Origin: Atractiella rhizophila
Taxonomy: Eukaryota
Direction: 5' to 3'
Assembly (NCBI GenBank): GCA_021432655.1
Contig: MU271189.1
Location: 62,001 to 126,000, forward strand
DNA: 64,000 nucleotides
Shown here piece by piece: positions 63,188 through 64,000 of the stretch (the first letter of the stretch is position 1; every line of letters starts with the position of its first letter). The position numbers and the translations under genes were made by a program. Under the pieces are notes generated by a model. That model saw only the letters and a list, made by a program, of their open reading frames with translations, was not told where the DNA came from and searched no databases.

Positions 63188-64000
63188 TGAGGTTGGTGGC
63201 GAGGAGTCCGATCGGAATGGTAATCAGTTCTTGCTGTCAGAACTAGAATGCAATCCCATAATAATGGCTGATTTACTGAATGTTGTCACTGGTGTCTTCT
63301 ACCCTGACCCATTGTACTGCTCAGTTCCTAGCTCCTCAGAATCGACGACAGTAGTGTTGCAATTTTTCTTGGATTTCTGATGCTCTGGAGCGGGTGGTGC
63401 AACAGCTCTTCCTGTCGGAGCCTTCAGCGGCTCTCCCAACGTTGCAATAGACCAACACTCCAGTACTAGGATAGTCACCCGGTGTGCTGCTTTGTCCGTC
63501 TCGTTTCTACCCTTTTTACGCCATTGTTTATCTGAGTTGTACAAGATCAACTTGAAAGCTTCGTCCCCTCACAGGGGAGAGGCAAGTTTGCTCTCGCTTG
63601 AGTTGATATGCGCACAGAGCGGGGCAGGTTAAAAATTAGAGGTAGGATCGCAACTGTTAGCGTCAGCAAAGAGAGATGGAGTTCTGATTCCTGATTCCTA
63701 TCTAGCTCGTCTACGACTAAAGCTGAACATCTAATGGCGCTTCTTCTGTGAAAGACCAACCGTCAAAACCTTTTCGAGCGTAGTCATGCTATCAGCTCAC
63801 GTCCGTATCGGAAGTATTTCTGCCAAATCAATCCGCTTCATGTCATGGACCAACTGTCATATATTTCTTCAATGTAATCCAGCTTTTGGTCTTGCTGAAT
63901 CAAACGCCGATCATTTCACGAAACAACCGTCATCAAATGACCTCAAACTCAATGGTGCCACCGCAAGCTATCTTTGAACCGCCAGAGCCCTTCAATAAGT

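Noticed and set aside
62428..63246. 272-aa ORF in the ORF track
   Set aside because: Artefact of translating through the N gap.
1..64000. CRISPR arrays, rRNA, tRNA, LTR retroelements
   Set aside because: No repeat-spacer array, recognisable RNA gene or RT/integrase motifs seen; the DNA is eukaryotic.

Overview
Gene-dense fungal nuclear DNA with many introns of about 50 nt, frequent microexons and CTRAY branch points. The style suggests a basidiomycete (inference; the species cannot be read from the sequence). Genes in order: DDX41/abstrakt helicase (partial), an F-box-like protein, three tandem GMC/alcohol-oxidase-like genes (the middle one disrupted), ARP6, a Zn2Cys6-like regulator, a conserved hypothetical protein, a coiled-coil protein, a small protein kinase, two secreted BBE-like/AA7 FAD oxidases, SAS10/UTP3, a sugar-porter MFS, a PhzF-family protein, GAR1, a QDE-1-like RNA-dependent RNA polymerase, an amino-acid permease and cactin (5' part lost in or beyond a 719-N gap). 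A 1.1-kb TIR element with a 7-bp target-site duplication sits between the second and third GMC genes. Two ~1.9-kb tandem duplications may be haplotype or assembly artefacts. The most interesting signal is a small set of outlier long, hairpin-rich introns in DDX41, ARP6, cactin and the conserved hypothetical gene; those in DDX41 and ARP6 hide candidate poison splice sites inside hairpins. Other leads are many GC-AG donors, a CGGTCCG promoter motif shared by the AA7 genes and the transporter, and a ~130-aa insertion in the RdRP. Exon boundaries and hairpins were worked out by eye; no searches or folding were run.
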